From IMG/VR virus record IMGVR_UViG_3300050821_007696, positions 20,236 through 84,235 of that record: 64,000 nucleotides of DNA. One strand, written 5' to 3'. The stretch is from a virus. The notes under the pieces were generated by a model that had not been told where the DNA came from, did not search any database, and saw only the letters and a program-made list of their open reading frames with translations. Made by a program: the position numbers and the translations under genes. Positions 9,538 through 19,100 of this stretch are shown piece after piece (positions within the stretch are counted from its first letter, which is position 1; every line of letters starts with the position of its first letter).

Positions 9538-10566
9538 ATGTCAGCTCAAGTGTATTACGACAACCCAGCGGAAGCATCCGCGGTCGTTCCGGTCACGTTC
9601 ACGACCGCGACGGGCGCTGTCGCCGATCCCACGTCGATCAGCTGCGTAGTCATCGACCCTACGGGCGTGCAGACCACCTACACGTACGGCATCACGCCGC
9701 CGAACAACACGATCGTCCGGGCGTCCCTCGGCAACTACACGCTGAGCCTCACCGGCATCACCCTCGCGGGCCTGTACACGACCATCTGGATCGGCACCGG
9801 CAACAGCGTCCAGCAGACGTCGCCGTATACCGTGCGGATCGTGCCGCTGTCGGCGGTCGGTACCGGGATGCAGTACTGGTACACCGGCCGGGAAGAGCTT
9901 AAGTCACGGCTGAACATCGTGGACAACAACAGCGACTACGAGATCCAGCTGGCAATCCAGGCCGTCACCAACTGGATTAACGCTTACTGCGGCCGAACTT
10001 TTTACCAGCTAACGGAGACCCGGACGTTCTGCCCGGACAACATCTGGGAGCTGCCGATTGACGACCTGGTGTCTACGCCCGCGGTCGCCGCGAACACCCA
10101 GGTGAACCTCGACTACGACGGCGACGGGATCTTCGAGACCGCCTGGGGCAACCCGGCTTCGCCGGTCGGCACCGGCCTGAACTACGTGCTGAAGCTCGGC
10201 ACGCCCGGCGGCTACGAGGACAACTACAACGTCAACGCGGCCGGCGTGCCCCGCCCCTACACCCAGCTCCAGGCACTCATGGCCGGGCAGGGGCAGAACC
10301 CCGCAGGCGGCGGCTGGCTCCCGTTCATCTGGCCCTACACCCACCTCAACCGGGTGCAGGTCACCGGCACCTGGGGCTGGAACACCGTCCCGCCGTCCGT
10401 CCAGCAGGCGTCCCTGCTGCTGTGCACCGACGTTTTCAAAAGCAAAGACGCGCCGTGGGGTGTCGCGGGTACCGCCGAGACCGGGCTGATGCGCGTTTCC
10501 TCCAACCCGTGGGCGGTCGAGTTTTTGCATGACTTCATCAATACGAGGCGCAAGGTCGGCGTGTAG
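9538..10566 (+). CDS. Head-to-tail adaptor with an N-terminal Ig-like domain
   Basis: YTGREELKSRL...AVTNWINAYCGRTF and VTGTWGW..VPPSVQQA motifs typical of actinophage adaptors. Confidence 0.75.
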   Translation: MSAQVYYDNPAEASAVVPVTFTTATGAVADPTSISCVVIDPTGVQTTYTYGITPPNNTIVRASLGNYTLSLTGITLAGLYTTIWIGTGNSVQQTSPYTVRIVPLSAVGTGMQYWYTGREELKSRLNIVDNNSDYEIQLAIQAVTNWINAYCGRTFYQLTETRTFCPDNIWELPIDDLVSTPAVAANTQVNLDYDGDGIFETAWGNPASPVGTGLNYVLKLGTPGGYEDNYNVNAAGVPRPYTQLQALMAGQGQNPAGGGWLPFIWPYTHLNRVQVTGTWGWNTVPPSVQQASLLLCTDVFKSKDAPWGVAGTAETGLMRVSSNPWAVEFLHDFINTRRKVGV

Positions 10567-10575
10567 GTTCCTGTT

Positions 10576-11793
10576 ATGGCACCTAAGCCGAAGGCCCCGG
10601 TCAAGGCTCCCCAGCCGACGAAGCACACGGCGGCGCCGACGGGCCTGCAGCTGTCCGCAGCGCAGTGGAAGGCGTACAACGCGGCCTACAACGCCTACGC
10701 CACCGCCGCCTACCGGACCCTGGCGCTCGCCCAGCGCCGCGCCGCGCTGAGCGCCGCCGTGCTGAACCTGCGCAAGAGCCGGCTGAGCGCCGCCTACTCG
10801 ATGGCGAAGATAACCGCTGCCTCGCACGCCGTCGCCCGGACCGCCGCCATCGCCGCGTTCGCTACCCGCATGTCCTACCGGCAGTCGGTCCTCGCCCACC
10901 AGAACGCCGCGCTCCGCAACCGGGTCTACGCGAACTTCGAGCACCACATGGCCCTGGCAGGCCGCGCGCAGTTCGTCTACAAGGGCGAGCGGGTCTACGC
11001 GCACACCGCCGTCATGCGCACCCTGACCACCCGCCAGGCGACGACGATCGAGCAGGCGCTGTTCGCGAAGGCCGTCAAGACCGCCAAGCGCGCGACAGCC
11101 TCGACTACCACGGCTCCGTCCGCCGCGACCAAGCTGATCCAGGCGGGCGCCCGCGCGGCGGGACTCGCTGCTGCCGAGGCACTGCCGGGACCGCAGCTGA
11201 CCGCCCGCCAGAAGGCGCACAACACCGCTAGCAAGCACGCTAAGGCGACGGCGAGTGCTACCGCTAAGGCGACCGCTGCACGCAACCGCGCGGCGAAGAA
11301 GAAGGGGGTAAAGACCGTCGCGTCCGCACCTCGCACCGCCCCGCGTCCGGACGGCACCGCCGCAGCCGAGAGCTGGCAGGAGTCCCCGTGGTGCGGGGCC
11401 TGGCGCGGTGACCCGGACGGGTACGACTGCGTTGCCGCGGCGGTCGCCAACCAGCTGCTGTTCTCGCAGCGCCTCTACCACTCCGACGTCCAGTACACGG
11501 TCCTGAAAGAGGAACTCGGGTACGCGCCGTCCATCGCGCGGGCACTGGGATACGTCGAGGACCACTGGCAGTTCGTCGGCTGGCCCCGGCTCGACGGGCA
11601 CGAGCCTGTCCTGTTCGACGCGGTGCCGCAGGCAGGCGAGATCATCGGCTTCACTACCAGGAAAGGGCCGCATGCCGCGCTGTACCTGGGGAACGGGCTG
11701 ATCGCCAGCTGGGGCGAAGTCCTGCTCCTAGACGACGTCATGACCGGGGAAGTCGAGGAAGCCTGGACACTGACCTGGGGAGCTGTAGTCTGA
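10576..11793 (+). CDS. Ala/Lys-rich protein with a C-terminal papain/NlpC-P60-like domain
   Basis: Basic low-complexity N-terminus; YDCVAAA (Cys) and GPHAALYLGNG (His) motifs. Confidence 0.55.
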   Translation: MAPKPKAPVKAPQPTKHTAAPTGLQLSAAQWKAYNAAYNAYATAAYRTLALAQRRAALSAAVLNLRKSRLSAAYSMAKITAASHAVARTAAIAAFATRMSYRQSVLAHQNAALRNRVYANFEHHMALAGRAQFVYKGERVYAHTAVMRTLTTRQATTIEQALFAKAVKTAKRATASTTTAPSAATKLIQAGARAAGLAAAEALPGPQLTARQKAHNTASKHAKATASATAKATAARNRAAKKKGVKTVASAPRTAPRPDGTAAAESWQESPWCGAWRGDPDGYDCVAAAVANQLLFSQRLYHSDVQYTVLKEELGYAPSIARALGYVEDHWQFVGWPRLDGHEPVLFDAVPQAGEIIGFTTRKGPHAALYLGNGLIASWGEVLLLDDVMTGEVEEAWTLTWGAVV

Positions 11794-11797
11794 CCCC

Positions 11798-12274
11798 GTG
11801 ACGACCAACATGACGCTGGTGCGGACGGCGCTCGCCGCCCAGATCGGCAGGCTCGCCGTGCCCGCGCTGCGGTCACTGCCCCAGCCCGAGGACCAGATCA
11901 ACCCGCCGGTCGGGATCGTCATGCCAGGACGTCCGTACCTGACCTACGGCACCACGCTCCAGGGCGAGACCGGGTTCCTCGGCGAGCCGTCTGCAGCCGG
12001 CAGCCAGCTGGCGTCAGTCGACTTCAACCTGGACTACCTGATCATCGTGTCGCACGCCTCAACGCTTGAGCGCATCGAGGTCAACCTGGACGCGTGGCTC
12101 GGCTTCGAGGACGACGCGTCCATCGTGTCGGTGCCGGCTGCCGTCGCTGCCGACCCGACCCTCGGCGGAGTCGTCGACTGGTGCATCCCGATCACCGCCG
12201 ACCCGCCCGGCCCCCTTTCCTGGAGCGGTCCCGAGGCGTTCGGCACCCGCATCCACTTCAACTTCTCCGCCTGA
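11798..12274 (+). CDS. Tail terminator / head-tail completion protein
   Basis: Size, position before the tail tube gene, and AVAADPTLGG motif. Confidence 0.6.
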   Translation: MTTNMTLVRTALAAQIGRLAVPALRSLPQPEDQINPPVGIVMPGRPYLTYGTTLQGETGFLGEPSAAGSQLASVDFNLDYLIIVSHASTLERIEVNLDAWLGFEDDASIVSVPAAVAADPTLGGVVDWCIPITADPPGPLSWSGPEAFGTRIHFNFSA

Positions 12275-12684
12275 TGGGCGACACTGGCGACTGCGGCCCG
12301 CACTGCCCGCCCGCCGGGTCCCCGAAGCCGCACTGCTCCTGCAAGCACTGCCACGGAAAGCCGGTGAAGTAATGAGCCTTAACGACCGGGAAGAGAAGCT
12401 ACGGCAGGCGCGAGAGTGGCTAGACGCACCGGATGCGTCGCTGGAACAGGCACAGGCCGCCGCGGAGTACCTGCTCTACCGGATGCGGGAACAGCGGGAG
12501 GAGCTGCCGTGGCGGCGCGCTCTCTCGTAACTGTCCCGTGGCGAACCGGGCGCAGCCTCGGCCGTACCCTGTACGCGCGCACCGGCGGAGACGACTGGAA
12601 AGCGGACACGTTCATCGGGATCATGGAAACCCCGGAGCTGGCGCTCGCCGTCGCCGAGTGGCACAACCAGAAGCTGGGTGACCT

Positions 12685-13800
12685 GTGGCGCGCATCCTGA
12701 TCGTTCACCCCGGGCCCGATTTTTCGGTTGCCGACGTGTACCGCGGCTGGCAGAAGGCGCTGTCGAAGCTCGGCCACACGGTGATGACGTACAACACCAA
12801 CGACCGGCTCACCTTCTACGGGCACCTGCGGATGGCCGAGCACGGCAAGCCCGCGTGCGAGGCGTGCGGGGAGGTGCCGACGCGCAAGGCGCTGGACAAC
12901 GACGGCATCCTCCAGCTGGGCATGGACGGCCTGTACGCCGACCTGAACAAGTTCTGGCCCGACGTGGTGCTGTTCGTCTCGGCGTTCTACATGTCCCCGG
13001 CGCTGCTCCAGTTCATCCGGACCCGGCGGCACAAGATCGTGATGCTGCACACCGAGAGCCCGTACGAGGACACCGCGCAGATGGAGCGCGGCCAGTTCGC
13101 CGACCTGAACCTGCTCAACGACCCGGTGAACCTGGAGGCGTGGCGCGACCTGGAAGTGCCCGCCGCCTACATGCCGCACGCTTACGACCCGGACGTGCAC
13201 TACCCCGACTGGCGTCCCGGCCGTTACGAGTCCGACTTCGCGTTCGTCGGGACGATCTTCAAGTCGCGGGCCGAGTTCTTCTCCAAGATGGACTTCACCG
13301 GCATCGACGCTGCGCTCGGCGGGGCCGGCTGGGACCTGGCGATGAAGCAGTACCCCGAGCTGGTCACGGCGGTGGTGGACGCGCAGCGGCGGACCCGGCT
13401 GGTGGACTACGTCGGGCACCCGCTGGGCGCCTGCGTCGGCAACGACGAGACCGCCCGCGTCTACCGCGGCGCCAGGTGCGGGATCAACTTCTACCGCCGC
13501 GAGGCCGAGGACGCGCACACGGGCGAGGGCTGGGCGATGGGGCCGCGCGAGGTGGAGATGGCCGCGTGCGGGCTGTTCTTCCTGCGCGACCCGCGGCCGG
13601 AGAGCGACGAGGTGTTCGGGCACATCCTGCCGTCGTTCAGCTCGCCGGAGGAGGCTTCGCAGCTGCTGCACAACTGGCTCGGCTACGGGACGCGGCGGGA
13701 GTACGCAGCCGAGCGCGCCTACCAGGCGATCGCGGCGCGCACATTCGACAATAACGCCCGTGCGGCACTGAACCTGATGGAAGAGGCAGGGATTCTGTGA
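12685..13800 (+). CDS. GT-B glycosyltransferase (CgeB/GT4-like) inside the tail module
   Basis: HTESPYED, YMPHAYDP, FAFVGT and GPREVEMAACG motifs. Confidence 0.8.
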   Translation: MARILIVHPGPDFSVADVYRGWQKALSKLGHTVMTYNTNDRLTFYGHLRMAEHGKPACEACGEVPTRKALDNDGILQLGMDGLYADLNKFWPDVVLFVSAFYMSPALLQFIRTRRHKIVMLHTESPYEDTAQMERGQFADLNLLNDPVNLEAWRDLEVPAAYMPHAYDPDVHYPDWRPGRYESDFAFVGTIFKSRAEFFSKMDFTGIDAALGGAGWDLAMKQYPELVTAVVDAQRRTRLVDYVGHPLGACVGNDETARVYRGARCGINFYRREAEDAHTGEGWAMGPREVEMAACGLFFLRDPRPESDEVFGHILPSFSSPEEASQLLHNWLGYGTRREYAAERAYQAIAARTFDNNARAALNLMEEAGIL

Positions 13801-13956
13801 TCTGCAAAACGTGCCGTGCGGCTGCTTACGTCGCTGCGGGCAAGGATGCGAACGCGAACGTCACCGGGCCGCCCTTGCTGCGTCAGGCGGACCTGCTGCA
13901 CATGCAGTGCCCGGGAGACACCTGGTGCGACTGCCAGCACTATCCGGTGCGTTCTT

Positions 13957-13972
13957 AGTGCCAGCTGGCACT
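13957..13972. promoter_or_regulatory. 16-bp palindrome, copy 2
   Basis: Exact match; overlaps the TAG of a small ORF at 13797-13958, upstream of the tail tube gene. Confidence 0.75.
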
Positions 13973-14087
13973 GGGCTGCCCTATCCAGGCAGGCAGCGGG
14001 CACCCTACACTTAGGTAGAGTAGCCGAGGCCACGTGTAAGCCACGTCGGAGCCGGACCCGTTCCTTTTTTTGGAAAAGGGGTCTGAC

Positions 14088-14540
14088 GTGGGGCGTATCC
14101 ACGGCCGCAACGGCATGGTCTACATGGCGATCCTGTCTGGCGGTACCGCTCAGCCGCTCGCCTATGTTTCCGACTGGACGATGAACTTCAACGTCGCCAA
14201 GGTCGATGTCACGGCGCTCGGCGACACCAACCTCGTCTGGGTTGCGGGCCTGCCTGACGCCTCCGGTGACTTCACCGGCTTCATGGACACGGCGACCAGC
14301 CAGACCTACCAGTCCGCGGTCGACGGCCAGCCGCGCAACTTCTACCTGTACCCGACGCTGATCGCCGTCAACGGCGGTCCAGGCAACGCGCAGGTCTCGG
14401 TCGGCCAGTACTTCTTCGGAGCCATCCTTCCTGACTTCAGCGCGGCGGGCGGCGTCGCAGCCGCGGTCACCATGAAGAGCACCTGGAATGCTGCGTCGCA
14501 GGTACAGCGGTACCCGGCCCTGGGTGTTCCTGGCACGTAA
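14088..14540 (+). CDS. Major tail (tube) protein
   Basis: GRIHGRNGMVY...DVTALGD...GLPDASG motif; about 150 aa; precedes chaperones and tape measure. Confidence 0.8.
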   Translation: MGRIHGRNGMVYMAILSGGTAQPLAYVSDWTMNFNVAKVDVTALGDTNLVWVAGLPDASGDFTGFMDTATSQTYQSAVDGQPRNFYLYPTLIAVNGGPGNAQVSVGQYFFGAILPDFSAAGGVAAAVTMKSTWNAASQVQRYPALGVPGT

Positions 14541-14626
14541 CCCTGACACGGCGACGGCCGCTTTCCAGTGCGCGGAAAGCGGCCGTCTGCCAGGGCCGTA
14601 CATGGAAATGGGGTTCCGAGACTTCA

Positions 14627-15163
14627 TTGGGCACTGACATCCCCGACCTTATATCGAAACCGGAGATTTCAATGCCCCCAGCTGCAACGCGGCGTGCCCG
14701 TACTGCCCGTCCCGTCGAAGACGCGCGCCCGGTCGACGAACTCGGCGCTGCCTTCGGCATCGAGGAGCCGCCCCGGGTGAAGGCCCGGCGCCAGGCCCGC
14801 CGCATCCAGTCGGCGACGGCCGACCCGAAGGTACGGCTGCCCGAGAACGAGCGCGCCGTCGAGGTTGCCGACGGGGAACTGTCCGCGCCGCTCGCCGGGC
14901 ACTACTTCCGGCTTCAGGAGTCCATCGGCCTGATGCCGCTGATGGAGTGGGCCGCGGCGACCGCCGAAGTAGACCCCGACAACCAGGTGCAGCTCGCCGG
15001 GCTGTTCAACCTGCTCAAGGACCTGGTTGACCCGGAGGACTGGGCGGAGTTCCGGAAGGTCTCCCGCGAGGCCAAGTGCAACGACGAGGACTTCGTCAAG
15101 TTCGTCAACGCCGCGATGGAGGCAATCGCGGCCCGCCCTACCGCGGCGCCCGCAACCTCCTGA
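14627..15163 (+). CDS. Tail assembly chaperone (start uncertain, 14627 or 14672)
   Basis: Position between tail tube and tape measure; ends AIAARPT...S. Confidence 0.65.
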   Translation: MGTDIPDLISKPEISMPPAATRRARTARPVEDARPVDELGAAFGIEEPPRVKARRQARRIQSATADPKVRLPENERAVEVADGELSAPLAGHYFRLQESIGLMPLMEWAAATAEVDPDNQVQLAGLFNLLKDLVDPEDWAEFRKVSREAKCNDEDFVKFVNAAMEAIAARPTAAPATS

Positions 15164-15624
15164 CCTGGGTACTCGCGCACTTCGCGAAGGTTAACGGCGA
15201 CTTCCTGCGCACTCACGGGCACGGCATCGAGCAGCTGAGCCCGCGGGAGCTGTGCGACGTCGCCTACTCCTCGATCGTCGCTGACATGGAACGCCACTAC
15301 TATGCCCTGGTCGCGGCCGGGGCAAAGTGGGAGGACGTCAGCGACCCGCTCGGCGACGACATCCAGCGGTTCGAGGAGCGTATCGGGCTGCGCGACGACC
15401 CCGAGGCCATCGCCCTCGCGATGCACCGGCAGTTCCTGAAGGACCAGGGCAAGGAGTGGGACGACACGCCGGTCGGCGCGGGCACCGGGCAGTGGTGGGA
15501 GCAGGACACCGAGTTCACCAGCATGTCCGACCTGGACCAGGCGTCGAAGCGCAGGCAGGCTGTAGAAAAGAACCGCGGGCTGTTCGCGAAGAACAAGGCG
15601 CCAGCGGACAAGGAGGTGCTGTAA
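15136..15624 (+). CDS. Tail assembly chaperone extension (probable -1 frameshift product)
   Basis: Open -1 frame overlapping the 3' end of the chaperone, with no good start of its own. Confidence 0.55.
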   Translation, partial: PYRGARNLLTWVLAHFAKVNGDFLRTHGHGIEQLSPRELCDVAYSSIVADMERHYYALVAAGAKWEDVSDPLGDDIQRFEERIGLRDDPEAIALAMHRQFLKDQGKEWDDTPVGAGTGQWWEQDTEFTSMSDLDQASKRRQAVEKNRGLFAKNKAPADKEVL

Positions 15625-16010
15625 TGGCTGTCTCCGTCGAGGTCAACCTTGACCCGGTGGCGATCGACTGGCTGCTGAACAACCCCGACGGGCCGGTCGG
15701 CGCGGTCATCGAGGAGCTGTCGGTCAAGGCAGCGGCAATCGCCAAAGCCGCCGCGCCCGTTATCACCCCCGGCCACTTCTCGCACTGGGGCCGCCAGTTC
15801 GACCCGAGGTACCAGTACGGCAGCCGCCCCGGGTCGACCAGGGCCAGTGTCCGCCCGTCCGGGTTCCGGTTCAACGCGCTCGGCCAGATGTACTCCGGCG
15901 TCAACGTCAACTACGGGTCGACCCTGTTCCTTGAGCAGGGCGGCGGACGGTACGGGCGCGCGGAACTGCACCCGTTCATGTCTGTCGCGCTTGACACCGT
16001 GGAGCTGTAG
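15624..16010 (+). CDS. HK97 gp10-like neck/tail completion protein
   Basis: AKAAAP...G.TRAS...YGSTLFLEQG...HPFM motif. Confidence 0.6.
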   Translation: MAVSVEVNLDPVAIDWLLNNPDGPVGAVIEELSVKAAAIAKAAAPVITPGHFSHWGRQFDPRYQYGSRPGSTRASVRPSGFRFNALGQMYSGVNVNYGSTLFLEQGGGRYGRAELHPFMSVALDTVEL

Positions 16011-16164
16011 CAGCGCTGCCGGGCGTTCGCCAATTGGCATTCGTGCTTACATTGGCCCGGCGGCGCTGTCTCATGCAGCACCAGTCCCCGTAGTGTTTGT
16101 TCCGAACGCCGCGGCCTGACCTCAGGAGCCGGTCCGATCCAGCTTTTGAGGAGATGGCGGCGGC

Positions 16165-19100
16165 GTGGCGAGGCTAATCGGGGACGCGTACATCGTCATC
16201 TATCCCCAGGGCGACCAGTTCGGTCCCCAAGCTGAGGCGATCGTCAAGAAGGGCCTCGCCGCGATCCGGCCGACGGTGCCGGTCAGGCCGCAGCTGGACA
16301 AGGCCGCCGCCGCCGCGGTCGAGGCGCAGCTGAAGGCCCTGACCGACGACGTTCCCATTTCCGCGCACCTTGACCCGGCTGCCGCCGCCAAGATCGAGGC
16401 GCAGCTGAAGAGCTTCGCCGGCAACGCGCTGAACCTCGACGTCAACCTCAGCAACCTGGCGGCACTGCGGGCGGCCACGGAGACGTACTTCCGCGGCATC
16501 CCGCTAGGTTTCGGCATCGACCCGGCGCAGCTCGCCGCCATCAAGACGAGCATCGACGCCTTCATGAAGAGCGGCATCGGGACCGCCAACGTCCCGGTAG
16601 CGATCAGCCCCGCGCAGCTCGCGGCGATGAAAGCCACGCTCAACGCCTACATGAAGAGCGGCATCGGGACCGTCAGCGTTCCGGTGAGCTTCAACGCGGT
16701 GCAGATCGCCGCGATGGCACAGGCACTGAAGACGTACCTGGCGGCCCCGGTCCCGGTGAACGTGAGCACGGCCGGGGCGATGGCGAAGGTCACCGCCCTG
16801 GCGGCGTACACCAAGGCGGCGCTGGGCAGCGGCCTGTCCGTCGGCCTTAACTTCGGCGCCGCCATCGGGCAGGCGCTGACGCTCCAGGCGGTGCTGTCCA
16901 GTCTCCAGGCGACGTGGGGCAAGCTGGGCAACACCACGGCGGCGACGGCGGCCCTCGCGACGGCGGCCATGCTGAAGACCAGTGCCTCGTTCATCAACAT
17001 GAGCACGGCCGGCGGCGGCGCGTTCGGGTTCCTCAGCGCCCAGATCACCCTGTTCGCCGGGGTGTTCAACAAGATCCTGCCCAAGGTGCTGTCCAGCGTG
17101 TCCGTGTGGCACCTGGCCGCCGACTGGGTCGTCGAGTTCGGGGCCGTCTTCATCCCGGCGACCCTCGCCATAACCGCATTCGGCATTGCGGTTGCCCCGG
17201 TCCTGCTAGACGCCAAGAACCGGCTCCAGGCCATGTCCCAGGCCGCGTCTGCGCTCGGTGTCTCCATCGGCATCTTCAACTACAACGCCAAGGGCGCCGT
17301 CGGCCCGATGCAGCAGCTGCAGAACGCGCTCCAGCCGGCCGTCTGGGAGGTGACCGGCGACGCCATCAAGGTGATGACGGCGAACACCGGAGGCTTCCAG
17401 GCGATCGTCAGGTCGGTCACTACCGTGGTGGAGAACCTGGCCGCCCGGATGACTGCTGCGTTCAGCTCCCCCGGTGCCAGCCAGGTCATGAAGAACGGCG
17501 CCCTTGACTTCCAGCGGTTCGGCACCATCATCGGCAACCTCGGCGGCGCACTGGGGAACTTCATCAAGGACGTCCCCGGCTACGCGGAGATCATCCAGGA
17601 ACTGTTCGTCAAGATCTCCGCCGGGATCGAGGCGTTCACCGCGGTGGCCGGGCCGGTCATCAAGGCCGGGCTCGCCCTGCACGGGTTCTTCCTTTACACC
17701 GGCCTCGCCGTGACCGCCGGCGTCGCGCTGATCGGCATGCTGGCCCGCGGCGCGACCGCGCTGTTCACCTTCGCCGCCGGAGCGGTCGACTTCGAGACCG
17801 TCGCCATGAGCCTCGGGGCCTCGATTGAGGCGCTGCGCCTGTCGATGATCAGCTTCGGCAAGTCGATGGGCGCGCTGCTGATCAACCCGTACGTGCTGGC
17901 GATCGCCGCTCTCGGTCTCGCCATCTACGACACCGTCAGCTACTGGAACGCGGCGTCGGCGTCGGTCAGCAAGTTCACCACCAACCTGGTGACGTCGATC
18001 GACGCGATGAAGGGCGGCGACGCCCTCCAGGCGATCCCCGACGCGATCGGGCAGATTACCGACCAGCTGAAGATCGCCGCCTCGTCGCAGGCGTTCTCGG
18101 ATATCCAGAAGAACTTCTTCAATCTGGGTAACACCGGCAACGCGTTCGCAAAGGAAACCCAGGTCCAGCTCCAGCAGGTCGGCGAGGCGTTCAAGTCGCT
18201 GGGCAGCGGCCCGATCGGCGGCGAGTTGCAAGGGTTCTTCAGCCACATGGGCGCGGCGATCAAGGACATCTTCTCGCCTGCCGCCGCCGAGGAGCAGCAG
18301 CAGGTCTCCAACACCAAGAACCTCCAGTCGGCGTTCCAGCAGCTGACCAGCCAGCAGCAGAACCTGCTGACCGTCACCGGCGACCTGATGACCGGGCAGA
18401 AGCTCGGCAATACGGCAACGTTCACCTGGGCGCAGTCGCTCGGCATCCTCGACGCGGCCGGGGTCCAGGCGAGCGACAGCCTCCAGCTGATGGAGACGAA
18501 GGTCGAGGGCTTCCTGGCCGGCTGGTCGCAGTTCGGGCTGAACGCCTCCCAGATCGGCAACGCGGTCAACGCGCTGTCACTCCAGACGGAGATGGGCCAG
18601 ACGTCGGTTTCCAAGCTGACCAGCGCCTACTCGAATTTCATCTCCACGGTGACCGGCGGTGAGTCTGCGTTCACCACCTTCGGCGAGGGCCTGAGCACTC
18701 TTAACCAGGCGTTCAGCTCGGCGGGCGCGAGCGGCGTGACGTTCAGCGACTCTCTCGGCAAGTTCAGCGTCAAGGGCACGGCTGCGGGCGCGTCGATGAA
18801 CGGCCTGACGCAGGCGTCGCTGAATGCCCGCGGCGCGTTCGCGACCGAGGTGACCAATGCGACCGGGCTGTACAACTCGCTGCTGACCCTGTCGTCGGTG
18901 TCCGCGGCCGGCGCCCAGGGGCAGAACCTGCTCGCGCAGGCAGGCAAGGACATGGTCGCGGTGCTGCTCCCGCTGGCCAAGGGCAGCCAGACGGCGATGG
19001 CCGAGGTGTCCGCGCTGGCGCAGCTGGCGGGCGGCCCTGCGACTACCTCGTTCCAGGCGCTGAGCAAGTGGGTCGGCAATACCAAGAACCCGATGCAGGA

